From: Gonapodya sp. JEL0774
Lineage: Eukaryota
NCBI GenBank assembly: GCA_027604505.1
Contig: JADIIX010000049.1
Location: 1-64,000, forward strand
Reading direction: 5' to 3'
Length of the DNA: 64,000 nucleotides
The notes beneath the pieces are model-generated. The model had not been told where the DNA came from. It did no database searches and saw only the letters and a list, made by a program, of their open reading frames with translations. Shown piece after piece: positions 24,442 through 35,580 of this stretch (position 1 is the stretch's first letter; each line of letters begins with the position of its first letter). The translations under genes and the position numbers were made by a program.

Positions 24442-26345
24442 TTATAGTTCCACCACTTGGCCATTCAGTGACCATAATGTACCTCCTATGATGCACGTCA
24501 GAGCCACCAACCATTGTGTCCAGGACCCTCCCAGCAAAAATATCTCCCTGACTGCATCGGAGACCTTAACCGTCCCACTCGCCGAACTGCTTGCGCTCGG
24601 ACCCGCCGCTGCACCAGAGCCAGGAGACCCGGCTGCTGGGCTCGACTGAGTGGCGTTAGTTGAGTTTGCCGGGGTAACAACCAGAGACAACGCCTGCTCT
24701 GGCGTCTGTGGATTGCTGAACAATCCTGCCGCATCGTAGGTCTTGCGAATGCTCACCAACCGATTCCAGTTGGGAACGCCAAAGTAGGTGCTAGGATCTA
24801 CGTCCAGATCCACGTAACCCCCATAGTGCGCGCCGCTCACAAACGGTCGGAATGCGGCTTCTGTATCGTTGATCCACTGGTATCTAGGTGATGAGAGTGC
24901 TTCCACTGTGCCGGCATCGAAAAAGACGGCGTACTCAATCTGCATGAGGGTACCGGCACGGTGTGGAAATGGTGTGGCAGAGGCAGACACTGCTGATACA
25001 GCCCCTCCATACGCCGCAATGTTGATGAAACCGTTGTTGGAAGGTATAGATGAGGCTCGAGAGACAAGTGTTTGAATCGAGCTAGAGTTGAGTAGCGAGG
25101 TGATGTATTCGGACTTGGCTTTGCTGTTCTCCTTGTTTGTCGCATCGAGTCGGACAGGTGTGGTGAGGATTGCCGTGTTTGAGCAATTCGCAGCGCTGTC
25201 CCACAGTGCGGCTTGTGCACCCAAAGAGGTGCAAGATTGATACACGACGGTAGGCGTGCCAATGGAAAGGAGCCCAGATTGCTGGAGCAAGGTTTGGAGA
25301 TCGGCTTGAGTGCCCAGGAAGCGCGCGGTGAAAATTGTCTTTCCAAAGCCCATGAGGATTTGCGAGGCGAGGTTGTTTGTTGCGGAGGGAGCAAATGTTT
25401 GGAATGCGGAGATCGAGGAAGGTGCGTCGTTGTACCCGGTCCAAGTGACTGTGGCGATGGTGTTCACGGTAGGAGCTGGATGAACATGCAAGGTCACTTC
25501 CACGATGATTCCATAAGCTGCGCCGCCGCCCCCTCTGATTGCCCAAAATAAATCCGTATTGGTGCTGTCATCGACAGTAAGGAGTTCCCCTTTGGCGTCC
25601 ACAATTTTGGCTGCCACGACATTGTCAGCCAACAAGCCCCACTTTCGAGACAGGAAGCCAAATCCTCCCGCGGACAAGTGGCCGCCAAGACCAACACTGG
25701 GGCACACGCCACCAGTAAAAGTTAGGTTTGATGCATCTAGGGTAGTGTAGAGCGTGCCACAGCGGATGCCAGCGCCAACCGTGACAAGATTGATTGTGGG
25801 TGTGGAATCGACAGCCGTGACGACACTGTTCAGAGCAGAAATGTCGACAACAAGCTGGTTATCCATGGAACCAAAATTTTCGTATCTGTATTCGCGTGGG
25901 AGGGTTGGGGAGGGTTTGGGACAGCCGAGGTAGGTACATAACTGTTCCCCAGGTACAACCAAAAGTCCCTGTGGGGAGTCGACACTCACGAATGGCCGCC
26001 ACTCCGTGGGCAAACGTGGACCCCCGCAAGAACGGCGCATTTCACTGCGCCCTGCACTTGGGATACACTCGAAGCGAATAGAATCACCGCCGGAGTGCGG
26101 GGTATTCGGATTCGTTCACCGTTTTGGTAAAGGGTATACCCAGTACTATTCGAGGTATAGAGCTCGACTGGCGCGGGCAGGGCATTAAGGCATGAAACGA
26201 GGGAATCCAGAGTCGCTTGTGCAAGCGGTGATTGCTGACAGAGGACAGAAGATGCCAAGGTGGAGAGGGTCACAAGAAGGGCGAGTAGCAGGTCAGCGGC
26301 TGTGCGGCCTAGCGATTGCCGCCAGCGGCCGTGAGAGTGCAGCAT
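24442..26345 (-). CDS. Secreted FAD-linked oxidase, berberine-bridge-enzyme / AA7-like, with C-terminal membrane or GPI anchor
   Basis: Signal-like N-terminus, RSGGHS|YE, GVCPSVGLGGH, DLFWAIRGGG and BBE-type YxGYVD...YFG..NW.RL..IRKTYD...F.NPQ. Ends in an S/A/G-rich linker and hydrophobic tail. Confidence 0.92.
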
Positions 26346-26947
26346 CTGTGGTGGAGTTTGCGCTGCCGTCTGGATCCGTCGCTAATGCTGATCCATTCGG
26401 GGGTCCCCGACTTGGAAGTGCCGAGAGCGGCCACCTCACGCTCAGGCCAGAGAAGCATGCCAAGAACAGGAGTCAGGGTCATCGATTCAACAGAAAATAT
26501 GAATGGAATGATTGTGAGCAAAGTAATCAAATAATCAAATCAGATAATCAAAACTCAAGGTTTGCGATAGGGCCGAATGATCCACCGGTAAGAGGGTGTT
26601 ACATGCAGGTGGCCAGCTGAACTTTTGTTGGGGTATTCATTATTCTAGATTAGCTTAGGCATTAGTGTTTTTGCACTGGCTGCTTGGTTTCGCGAGGGTT
26701 CGGTGTTAGTGCCTTTTCTGCCAATCAATATTTAGAAATCAAAGAATCGATTTCGCACCTTAATTCTTTCACAAAGTCCCTCTCTATACATATCTTAATG
26801 GTGGGAGTGTTGCCGAGCTTACATGTATCTCATTTAATTATGCGGAGTTAGTTGTCAGTGTGGCAGATAACCATACCGCAACCAACTGAACACAATTCAC
26901 GCAACTACCTGCAGAAGTAATATTTACAACGGGAATGGGGAGGGGCC

Positions 26948-26968
26948 GGTGTGTGTGTGTGTGTGTGT
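26948..26968. repeat. (GT)n microsatellite
   Basis: About ten GT units read directly. Confidence 0.85.
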
Positions 26969-27197
26969 ACATCATCGAAATGAGAAATGAAGTGGAGCAG
27001 AGCAATGTGTTGGGGTGTGCGACCACCTCACCAGACAACACCCTTGTGTGAAGCAAAGTGCAAACACCCTCAATTCCAAGTCATTTGCAAACAAAACAAT
27101 GGTATGCTATGCAATAATACATATATGCGCTCCATATCCAACCACACCGTTCCAGTCCTAACCGCGCCTCCCCCCCTTGCTCTCGACACCGCCACCC

Positions 27198-29873
27198 CTA
27201 CGACTGCCCCAACACCTTCTTCAACGGCACCTGTCCCAACTGCGTGGGGTCCATCGCCGCATACCTGACCTGCCCGGACTCCTCTGCCCCGGGCGGAGGC
27301 GGTATGGCGTCCAGCGCGGCGATCTCGTCCAGGGTGGGTTCTCTGGCCGGCACGGGTGCGGAGGAAGAGAGTGGGACGGATTTGGGGCCCTGGGATTTGG
27401 GTTTTCCCCACTGGACGCGGATGACGTGGCCTTTGATGTTGGTGTTGTTGAAGCTTTGTGTGTGGGGGGGGGGGGGGAAGGAGGATGGGATGTGACAGTG
27501 ACCAGCGTCGGCGGAAACGGGTACAGTGTGAGGACCTCGCGACCACCTCCACACGCACACACTGTGCCCCATTTCTCTTCACTCACGATTTCTCCACAGC
27601 CCTCTCGGCCGCCTCTCTCGTCGCGTAATTGACAAAGGCCACTCTGGCTTTCCGCGCCACCACGATACTCTTTATATCTCCGTAGGCGTAAAAGTGGCCC
27701 CGGAGGTCGGCTTCGGTGATGTCAGGTTCGACATTTTGGAGGAACAGCGAGGTGACGGTAGGGTCGGAGGGGGCTTCCAGGGTGCCGGAGCGGTCGGTGC
27801 GGTTGAGTATCTGTGCGGTATGGGGTGTGGGGGGGCATGTGGTCGTGGTCAGCAGGGGGCAGTGGTGGATGAGGGTGAGGGTATGGAGTGGTGATCCGGA
27901 GGTGTGAGTGACGCGAGGAACATGCAAGATGTACAATCAAACGCTCGAGGCGACCATGGTCACAAATGGCGAACACGCCGTGTCAGGCCCCGTCCCCGTT
28001 CGCCCCCCGACAAAGTCCTCCCACCAAGTCCCACCACTCTCATCAGCTTCCACTCGGAATCCCAAACAAACCCACTTTCTTCGCGACGGGATCGTTGTGC
28101 CCGTAATACCTGTCCTGAATGTTCTGATGCGACAGCTCGTTGACCACGGGCAGTTCGTGCCTGTAGGGGCACTCCGAGCCCCGGTTGCAGGTCCCCTTGG
28201 CGTAAAACGAACACAGGTGCGCACGGTTGCGCTTGTAGTAGGGTTCGGTCCGAGCGAGCTTTTTGAGCTGCTCCCGGCCGGCTGCGTCCATTTTGCCCCC
28301 CGCGGACGAGGGCGTGAGCGTGCCGTCGGCCATCTGGGGTGGGTGGGGTGGTTGGGGAGGGGGGTTGGGGGTTTAATGGGTGGGCGGGGACAGGAAAGTG
28401 GTGGTGTGATGGATCAGAGTCAGTACCGCCGTACATGGAATTTGCGTTTGAGACCATTCGACACGGAACGGCGAACGGCGTGCAGAAACAACCCCGCAAA
28501 CACAACCCATAACCCACAACCTTCTCAGTATTGAGTATCACCAACGACGACCTTTTGATGGTGACGAGCGCCATTGCGGGTCACAAATAACATCGAACGC
28601 AGTCTGGAGACCGTTCGACCCGGGAACGGCGTGCAGAATGACCCTCCAAAGAACTCCGTAGCGCCCAAACCCCTCGGTATCACCAATGACCAACGACTCT
28701 TGTTGCTGACAGGCCCATCCGACCCGAACCAACCACCACCGACCCGAACCAACCACCACCGACCACGAGCCACCACCAGCCACGGACCACCACCAAGCAC
28801 CCGCCGACCGACCGACCGACCGACCCGACCGCGGACGAATAACCGACGCAGTTCCCCCAACCCCGACAACGTACCGCCGCTTCGGCCTGGTGCACATAAA
28901 ACTGCTTGTTGATGTCCGAGGTGGGCATTTCCTCTTGGACGCCGCCGAGTGTGTCGCGGACTTCGACGGGGAGGCCTGGAGAGGGGAGGGTGTGGGTGGT
29001 GTGGGTCCGCAGGGAGGTGTGGGTTGGATGGATGGGATTGGGTGGCGTGGGTAGAGTGGAGGGGTGGGAACGGGAAACACGAAAGCGATGAGAAACAAGG
29101 TTCGTACGCCCTGGGACTGAAAGGGTAAAGTGCTCCATTTGGGTCATCCGGCCAACCGGCTCATATGGACCGCTTAAGTTTCTCTCAGTGGGCTACGCCC
29201 GCACACTCCGTCCCATCTGTCCATCTTGAAAGGGTAAATTGGTCCATATGGGCTCCACAACCCATATGGACCGCTCTCTCTCACGGCGGTGCATGCTCGC
29301 ACCATCTCGCTAACGCTCTCATAGGCCCTCGCTAACGCTCGGGCTGGGTAACGCACCAAACTCCAAATCCAAAACACAGGTCTGACAGACGTTCTTGATC
29401 TTTGCGCAAGTCTGGCAAATCTCCGTCTTTTTCATCCTCATTCCAGCGCCAGGAACCCATCTGAAGATTGTGAAAGGCCTGACACAGATTTTGCACTCTT
29501 TGCCGTGGGACTCCTTGGACATGCGGACGTAGGGGTTGTCACCGAGACAGGTTCCGCATAGGATCTGAGCAGGGAGTAAGAGAGGAGTTGGGGGTGTGGG
29601 AGGGGAGGGGGGGGAGTACGGGAGGGGGAGTAGGGNNNNNNNNNNGGGACCCCCGGCCGTGCCCCCTCTTGGCCGTGTCCCGGCTCTCCGTCTGGGTGGG
29701 GGGGGGGGGGCGGGGGGGGGGGGGCAGCCCGGCCGGGGGAGTTGGGGCGTGGGGAAGAAGGGAGTTTAACGATTGGAACTCTGGAAGAGAAGAAGAGGGG
29801 AAGGAGGGGGACAACAACATACTGGAAACTCTGAAGTTTCCCAGCCTCTGTGCATGTTTGGGTCAGCAGCCAT
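27198..29873 (-). CDS. RBM22: Pre-mRNA splicing factor RBM22 / Slt11 (spans an assembly gap)
   Basis: [68 protein letters not shown] (CCCH), an RRM and terminal YAAMDP. Confidence 0.96.
28450..28720. repeat. Degenerate tandem duplication (~157-bp period) inside an RBM22 intron
   Basis: gagacc.ttcgac..ggaacggcgtgcagaa....gtatcaccaa.gac...g.tgac occurs at 28450 and again at 28607. Confidence 0.75.
29110..29350 (-). repeat. Structured intronic repeat, two degenerate units, same family as 30794-31086
   Basis: gagag..gcggtccatatg...tttaccctttca occurs twice. Perfect 12-bp inverted repeat ggtccatatggg/cccatatggacc at 29241-29272. Confidence 0.75.
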
Positions 29874-30074
29874 TTCAAGTGGAATTGGTGTGGGTGGTTT
29901 TGAAGTCAGGTTGGGTTGGGTTTGGTGGACATTCCGTATTGCTGTGGTCCCGCCCACCCAGTGCAGATGGTTTCGAAACAGGGTCCCCCACATTCCCCCC
30001 CACTCCCCCGACTCCCCCCACTCCCAGTCGCGTCCCCATTCCCCACACCCCTACTCAGTCCCCGCACTCCCCCA

Positions 30075-32317
30075 ATGGTTGTCCCCCCTTCAAACGCACC
30101 AGAACACTGCCCTGGTGAAGTCCACCCCCCTTTAGTCCATTCCCCATTCTCCCCCTTATCCCCTTTCTCATCCCCTCCTTATTCTCAATCCCCCCCACAT
30201 CCTTGTATTAGGCCCTGAGACTGAAGCTGCTGGAAAGGCAGACGCTTGTGAAGGCTGCCCAAACCAGTCAATATGCTCAACTGCTCCAAAGGTTGCTGAT
30301 CCCGGTACGTTCCTCGCTCCCCCTTCCACATCCCATCATCCACGCTCCGTCCTATGGGAACCCGGTTTCTATGATTGTTTATTCTCTTTCTTTGTGTTTT
30401 ATTCTTTGTCCTCTATCTCCAATCCCACTCTCGCACCCACCCACCTCCCTCCCCACCCATCACCCACCAACCCATGACCCCCCCTTTCCTTCAACCCAGC
30501 CCTCCCCCTCATCCACGACCGCATGCAGCACGTCAAGCGAAAGATCCTCGTCTTGTCTGGAAAGGGCGGTGTCGGAAAATCTACCTTTGCCTCCCAGTTG
30601 GCCTTTGCCCTCTCCAGGGATTCCGACGTCCACGTCGGCCTCTGTGACGTCGACATCACCGGTCCAAGTCAACCAAGAATCATGGGCTTGGAGGGAGAGC
30701 CCGTGCATGAGAGTGGGACCGGATGGTGAGCCCTGCCCCGAGCTCAGCGCGAGCGTCAGCGACGGGCACAGTCCGCCGGAGGCGATTGATTCCTCGCGGA
30801 GTGAGCGAAGCGAACGGAGCGAGGGGCCTGCCGGAGGCGAGTGACTCTTCTCGTGAGAGATTTACTGCGGTCCGTATGGACCGTATGTATGGCCAATTAT
30901 GGACCAATGGACTCTTTCAATGGGATGGATGGGTTTGTGTGTCGCGGAGTGAGCGAAGCGAACGGAGCGAGGGGCCTGCCGGAGGCGAGTGACCCTTCTC
31001 GTGAGAGATTACTGCGATCCGTATGGACCGTATGTGTGGCCAATACGGACCAATTTCCAATTTACTCTTTCAATGGGATGGATAGGAATTTGTCCATATG
31101 GACTTGTGGTGCGCGAGCTTGACATGTGTAGACCGTATGGACTCGCTAAATGTCCGATCCTTGTGCCCTCCGCTCCACCGCGTTTCCCACAATCCCCCCC
31201 CTCCCCCCTGCCATCCCACTTCTCCAACTCTCCCCTTCCCCTGTCCAGGTCCCCCATCTACGTCGAGGACAACCTCTCCGTCATGTCCATCGGCTTCCTC
31301 CTCGCCTCCTCCTCCGACGCCGTCATCTGGCGAGGCCCCAAAAAGAACGGTCTCATCAAACAGTTCCTCAAGGACGTCGAATGGGGCGACCTCGACTATC
31401 TCGTGTTCGACACCCCGCCCGGCACATCGGACGAACACCTCTCGGTGGTCCAGTACCTCAAGGAATCCGGCGTGGACGGCGCCGTGGTGGTGACCACCCC
31501 GCAGGAAGTGGCCGTCGCAGACGTGCGCAAGGAGATCAACTTTTGCAAGAAAGTGGGCGTCAAGGTCCTCGGCGTGGTGGAGAACATGAGCGGCTTCGTG
31601 TGTCGCAAGTGTGGGACCGAGACCAAGGTGTTCCAGGCAACCTCCGGGGGTGCCAGAGCCATGTGCGAGAAAATGGGCGTGCCGTTCTTGGGCGCGATCC
31701 CGTTGGATCCGAAAATAGGTGAGGTTTGTCGGTGTTTGTTCACCTTGGTGAGGTCGGGTGGTGTCCGCGGATCGTCGTTTTGTTCCCCTTCTGTCCGCCA
31801 TTGTCCGCGAGATTGTAGTGCGGTCGCCTTGAGGACCATCTGTCGTGTCCCGGCCCTATATTGTGCCGCGTGCTCCACCTGGGAGTCTCACACCGTCGTT
31901 CCATCTTCCATCTCCACCCTCCACCCTCCCCTCCCTCCCAGTCGAGTGCTGCGACCGCGGTGTCTCCTTCCTCGACGAGTGTCCCGACTCGCCCGCCACC
32001 AAGGCGTACCAGGAGATCATTGAGAGTGAGTAACGAGGACCAGTGCTGATTTGCGCGGACAGTGCAACACGTACACGGGGCACGCCGCTTGTGCCACGTG
32101 CAGGGGGTGGTGGTGGTGGATCGTCGACCTGACCGGTGTGGCCCGTGATTGGTTTTGGCGGCGCGGCGCGGGGCGGGCCGCCGGGGGCCCGCGCCCGCCG
32201 CCGCGCGGGCCCGCCGGGGCCCGGGGGCGGGCNNNNNNNNNNNNNNNNNNNNNNNNNNNNNNNNNNNNNNNNNNGACAGAGTTGTCCCAGATCCCCGCCT
32301 TCTCCCACGAATCGTGA
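30075..32317 (+). CDS. NBP35: Cytosolic Fe-S cluster assembly factor Nbp35 / NUBP1; 3' end uncertain because of a gap
   Basis: N-terminal HCPG...[12 protein letters not shown]-loop [36 protein letters not shown] and [11 protein letters not shown]. Confidence 0.96.
30794..31086 (+). repeat. Two tandem ~148-bp units of a structured repeat in an NBP35 intron
   Basis: Near-identical units start at 30794 and 30942 (tcgcggagtgagcgaagcgaacggagcgaggggcctgccggaggcgagtgac...ctctttcaatgggatggat). Confidence 0.92.
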
Positions 32318-32982
32318 CCCCCAATGTAGATGGAGCACGGGGCAGGTATTTTGATCGTCTCCCGTTTGAGTAGGTCCGGGGGGATGTGCCGGTGGTGCAG
32401 AACTCGTTGAGCTTTCACGAGAGATTGTCCGGGCGCGCGGGAGTGGAGTAGGTGGGCAGGAGCACACTGTGAAATAGACTTGGGCGTGCAGTTTGCAGGG
32501 CGGAACTATGAGATTTGGAAACTGGTAATTTTTGTTTGCTTTCGGCACTGGTTATTTGTATTATAGAGCACGCCTTGATTTGACGACGGAGTGGCGGGAC
32601 CCCAAAAAAATTACACAGTCGACGCCTCTCGTTCACGCCGACACATTTGAAATGGATAAAGGGTTTCTACTTTCCGGTGAAGCATTTAGATTCTCCGAAC
32701 GGTGTTTCCCCGGTGGGTGGATGGAGTGGTGGAATGTGTATCCCGCACAACACTTCGAAGCAGTGTACATATAAACCAAATATAAAGATGTTCTGAAAGA
32801 AGCCATACCGCGCAAAACATCGACAACGCCCATCTGAAGACCTCCCAATCACGTTTTGCTTTTGGAGCGATTATAGACGAGGTGAGTGAGCTGCCACGTT
32901 CCAACGCTTCCTGTCCTGGACCGCGAGTGCTTACTTATTCAGTTTCTGACAAAGCCGCACACAAAGCCACTCTCCAATCACC

Positions 32983-33474
32983 ATGAGTCCATTCTCCCAT
33001 CTTACCCTGCTCGTCGTGTTCATTGTTGCCACGCTAGTCGTCACTGGAACGTCTGCAGATTACTTCGTTTACCGCTCTTGTTCCCAACCAAACGGCAACA
33101 CCTGGCCGAACTCGAAAAATTTCTTCCAGGTTGCCTCCTACGCCACGAGCGGAGATAAAGTTATCGATTTCAGAGACTCGTGCGAAGGCATTGATTGTGG
33201 ATTCGTAGATTCAGCACATATGGTGGTTTTTAATCTTAACAAGGGGTTCATGTCGCTTCCGTCTTGGGCCGTGGCGGGGTACGCGAATGTGCTTGACGGG
33301 ACTTTTAAGACAGTGAAGAGTAATGTGACGGTGTACAGGTGAGTCAGGGATTCCATTTAAGCGGATACTTCTCCATGTTCAATAAATTTACCTGCTCACC
33401 TCAGGATGGACGGAGGTGTCGTGCAAAGAGATCCATCTGTGACCTGCTGGTCCCAGGCAGCAGGCTTTTTTTAG
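32983..33474 (+). CDS. Small secreted protein, family member A (2 exons)
   Basis: Signal peptide, then DYFVYRSC...VTVYR, a phase-2 intron, and MDGGVVQRDPSVTCWSQAAGFF*. Confidence 0.75.
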
Positions 33475-33859
33475 TGTGAGTCATGGAGTCATAGCCGCAG
33501 CACAAGATGGAATTAAAATGCATTCGTCCTGTTTCTCTTCTTCCGAGAGGTCGGCCAGACGCCTCTCTGACCGTGTACAGGCGAGCGTGGTAATTTGTCG
33601 GGGGGCTTATAACGCAGTGCGATCATGGCAAGCTCCGTCTAATATCTGTGCTTGCTTCGCCTGCTGGTGGTGTCGTGTTCGTCAATCTTATGTAGGAGCG
33701 ACGGTGGTGTTGTGGAAAGGGGCGACGGAACGACAAAGACATGTTGGGCACAACCGTTCGTCTTCGTGTTGATAGGGGGGATATACAAAGTGCTATTTCA
33801 ACATACAATGAACAAATTTTAGGAAGATTTGAATGAGAAGGTAGAAGGCACGCCCACAA

Positions 33860-35116
33860 TCAGTCGACCTTGTCCAACACAGTTGCATCCCCTCCATCCC
33901 AACTCGCGCTCCAATACGTCATCACAAACACCTCCCTATTTGAGATGTCCATCAACTCGTTGCAAGCTGTCTCGTTGAACTTAGCAAACTTTGCGTGGCA
34001 CACTTCCATTCCTGGCACCGGCGTGTGGAAAAATTGGCGCCAGTCGACCGGGTAAATGAGCGGCGAAGCGAGAATGTGAAGCACGTAGTGGGTCGGATCT
34101 GGCAGGTCCAGCGTCAAGGTACCGATCGTTATCGATCGGGCAGGGTCTGTGGAGCCGGCCCAAGTCGTGTAGTCCGCAACGGCCCTAAAGAGCGCCGCCG
34201 GTCCTGTGATTTCTTCGGGACGAGTGGATCGGGCTGAGAGGGAGCCCGCGGGCGTAGAAAAGATAAAACGGAGGACAAAAAGCCACAGGGGATGGTGTGG
34301 GGTGGAGGAGAGCCAGGCGTTGGGGAGGCTAGTGGAGTGATTGGGGGAAGGCGGGAGGAGGGAAGGGGCGTGTGAACGCGTCATGAGGTGGGGCTCTTTC
34401 ACTCCGCCAACTCACCTGTCTAGGAAGTCGAGATCTGTTCCCATTCTACCCAAGAATGCCTGCCCGCGTACATGGTCCGGTTGTTTGGCGAATTTGGACC
34501 ACAACGTATCCAAGGGTCTCACACAGACAGTGTCCAAGTCGGTGTAAGTACCGCCTAGAGCGTACATGTAGACATACCGTACGGCATCAGCTCGTAAAAT
34601 CTCGCGGTCAAACGCGTCATACACAGGTAGGAAAGAAGGGAAGAAGGTTGCGACTAAGACGCGATTCGAGGCGTCCGATGAGAGAAGGAAGCCGTAGGTG
34701 GGGTTGAGAGAGCGCCACGATTGGGACCAGTTGCGGAACTTTGTGGGGAGTTGAGAGGTTTTCCAGCTCTGAAAAATCAGTTTGGGAGGTGAGATTGGCG
34801 ATGAGGAAGATGGGAAGAGAGGAGGTAGCGACGAATGGGAAGCAGGAACGGATGGAACGGATGGAAGCAATGAAAGCGATGGAAGTGATCGGAGAGGGGA
34901 AAAAGAGGGAGAGGGCTTCGAGAGGGGTTGGGTAGGAGGGACTACGTGTGTAAGGGAATGAACTTGCGAGATGTATGCGGATAGAGCGAGCAAGAAGAAG
35001 AGAAGAGATGCGGTGACGGCAAGGATGATACGCAATGTTAGCGTATTGATAGGCACCAGAGACAGCAGAGCGAGAAGAGAGCGAGAGAGGGAGTGGAGGC
35101 CTTTGGTTGTGGCCAT
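33860..35116 (-). CDS. Glycosyltransferase family 32 (DxD, Och1/Sur1-like), type II membrane protein
   Basis: PKLIFQSWKT, SWRSLNP, RADAVRYVYMYALGGTYTDLD and SLPNAWLSSTPHHPLW after one intron. N-terminal TM segment. Confidence 0.9.
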
Positions 35117-35580
35117 GGGGTGAGATGAGCGGAGCACAGAACAGGCAACAGCGAGAAAACCAATAAAGGTGAGAAGCAGCACGAGCGAGAGATAAGCACG
35201 ATAAGGGGGATCGGAACGATAATCAAGGGCGATAAGGCGGTGTATGTTACTATAATTGATGATCCACTTCCAATTTTACCAAATATGGAAAACGCTTACT
35301 GTTCCTCATCTTTCCATGATAACAGCACGAAATCAATCTCGCAAGCTCCAACTTCGTTTTCCTTTGAAACATACCTTCACTGGAAGTTTTCATTTATCGC
35401 GCAATTTATTCTTAATAAGTGCTTCTTGTGGGTTCCGTTATGAGTGAGCGAAGAATGACTGCAACTCCGCAGAAGAGAAACCCCACCGTTCCGTGACGAA
35501 TTTACTGAGCAACATCAAAAGTATCAATCCCACAGAACGAAACAAATTACAGTGCTCTTCAGAACTGTGATCGGAGTGCC

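Noticed and set aside
30794..31086. Repeat units as a possible CRISPR array
   Set aside because: Only two long contiguous units, no unique spacers, no cas genes, and a eukaryotic intron context.
32150..32274. Nearly pure GC stretches next to N runs (also at ~29640, 52290, 54690 and 59065)
   Set aside because: Typical low-quality sequence at contig ends beside G/C homopolymers. ORFs and hairpins there are unreliable.
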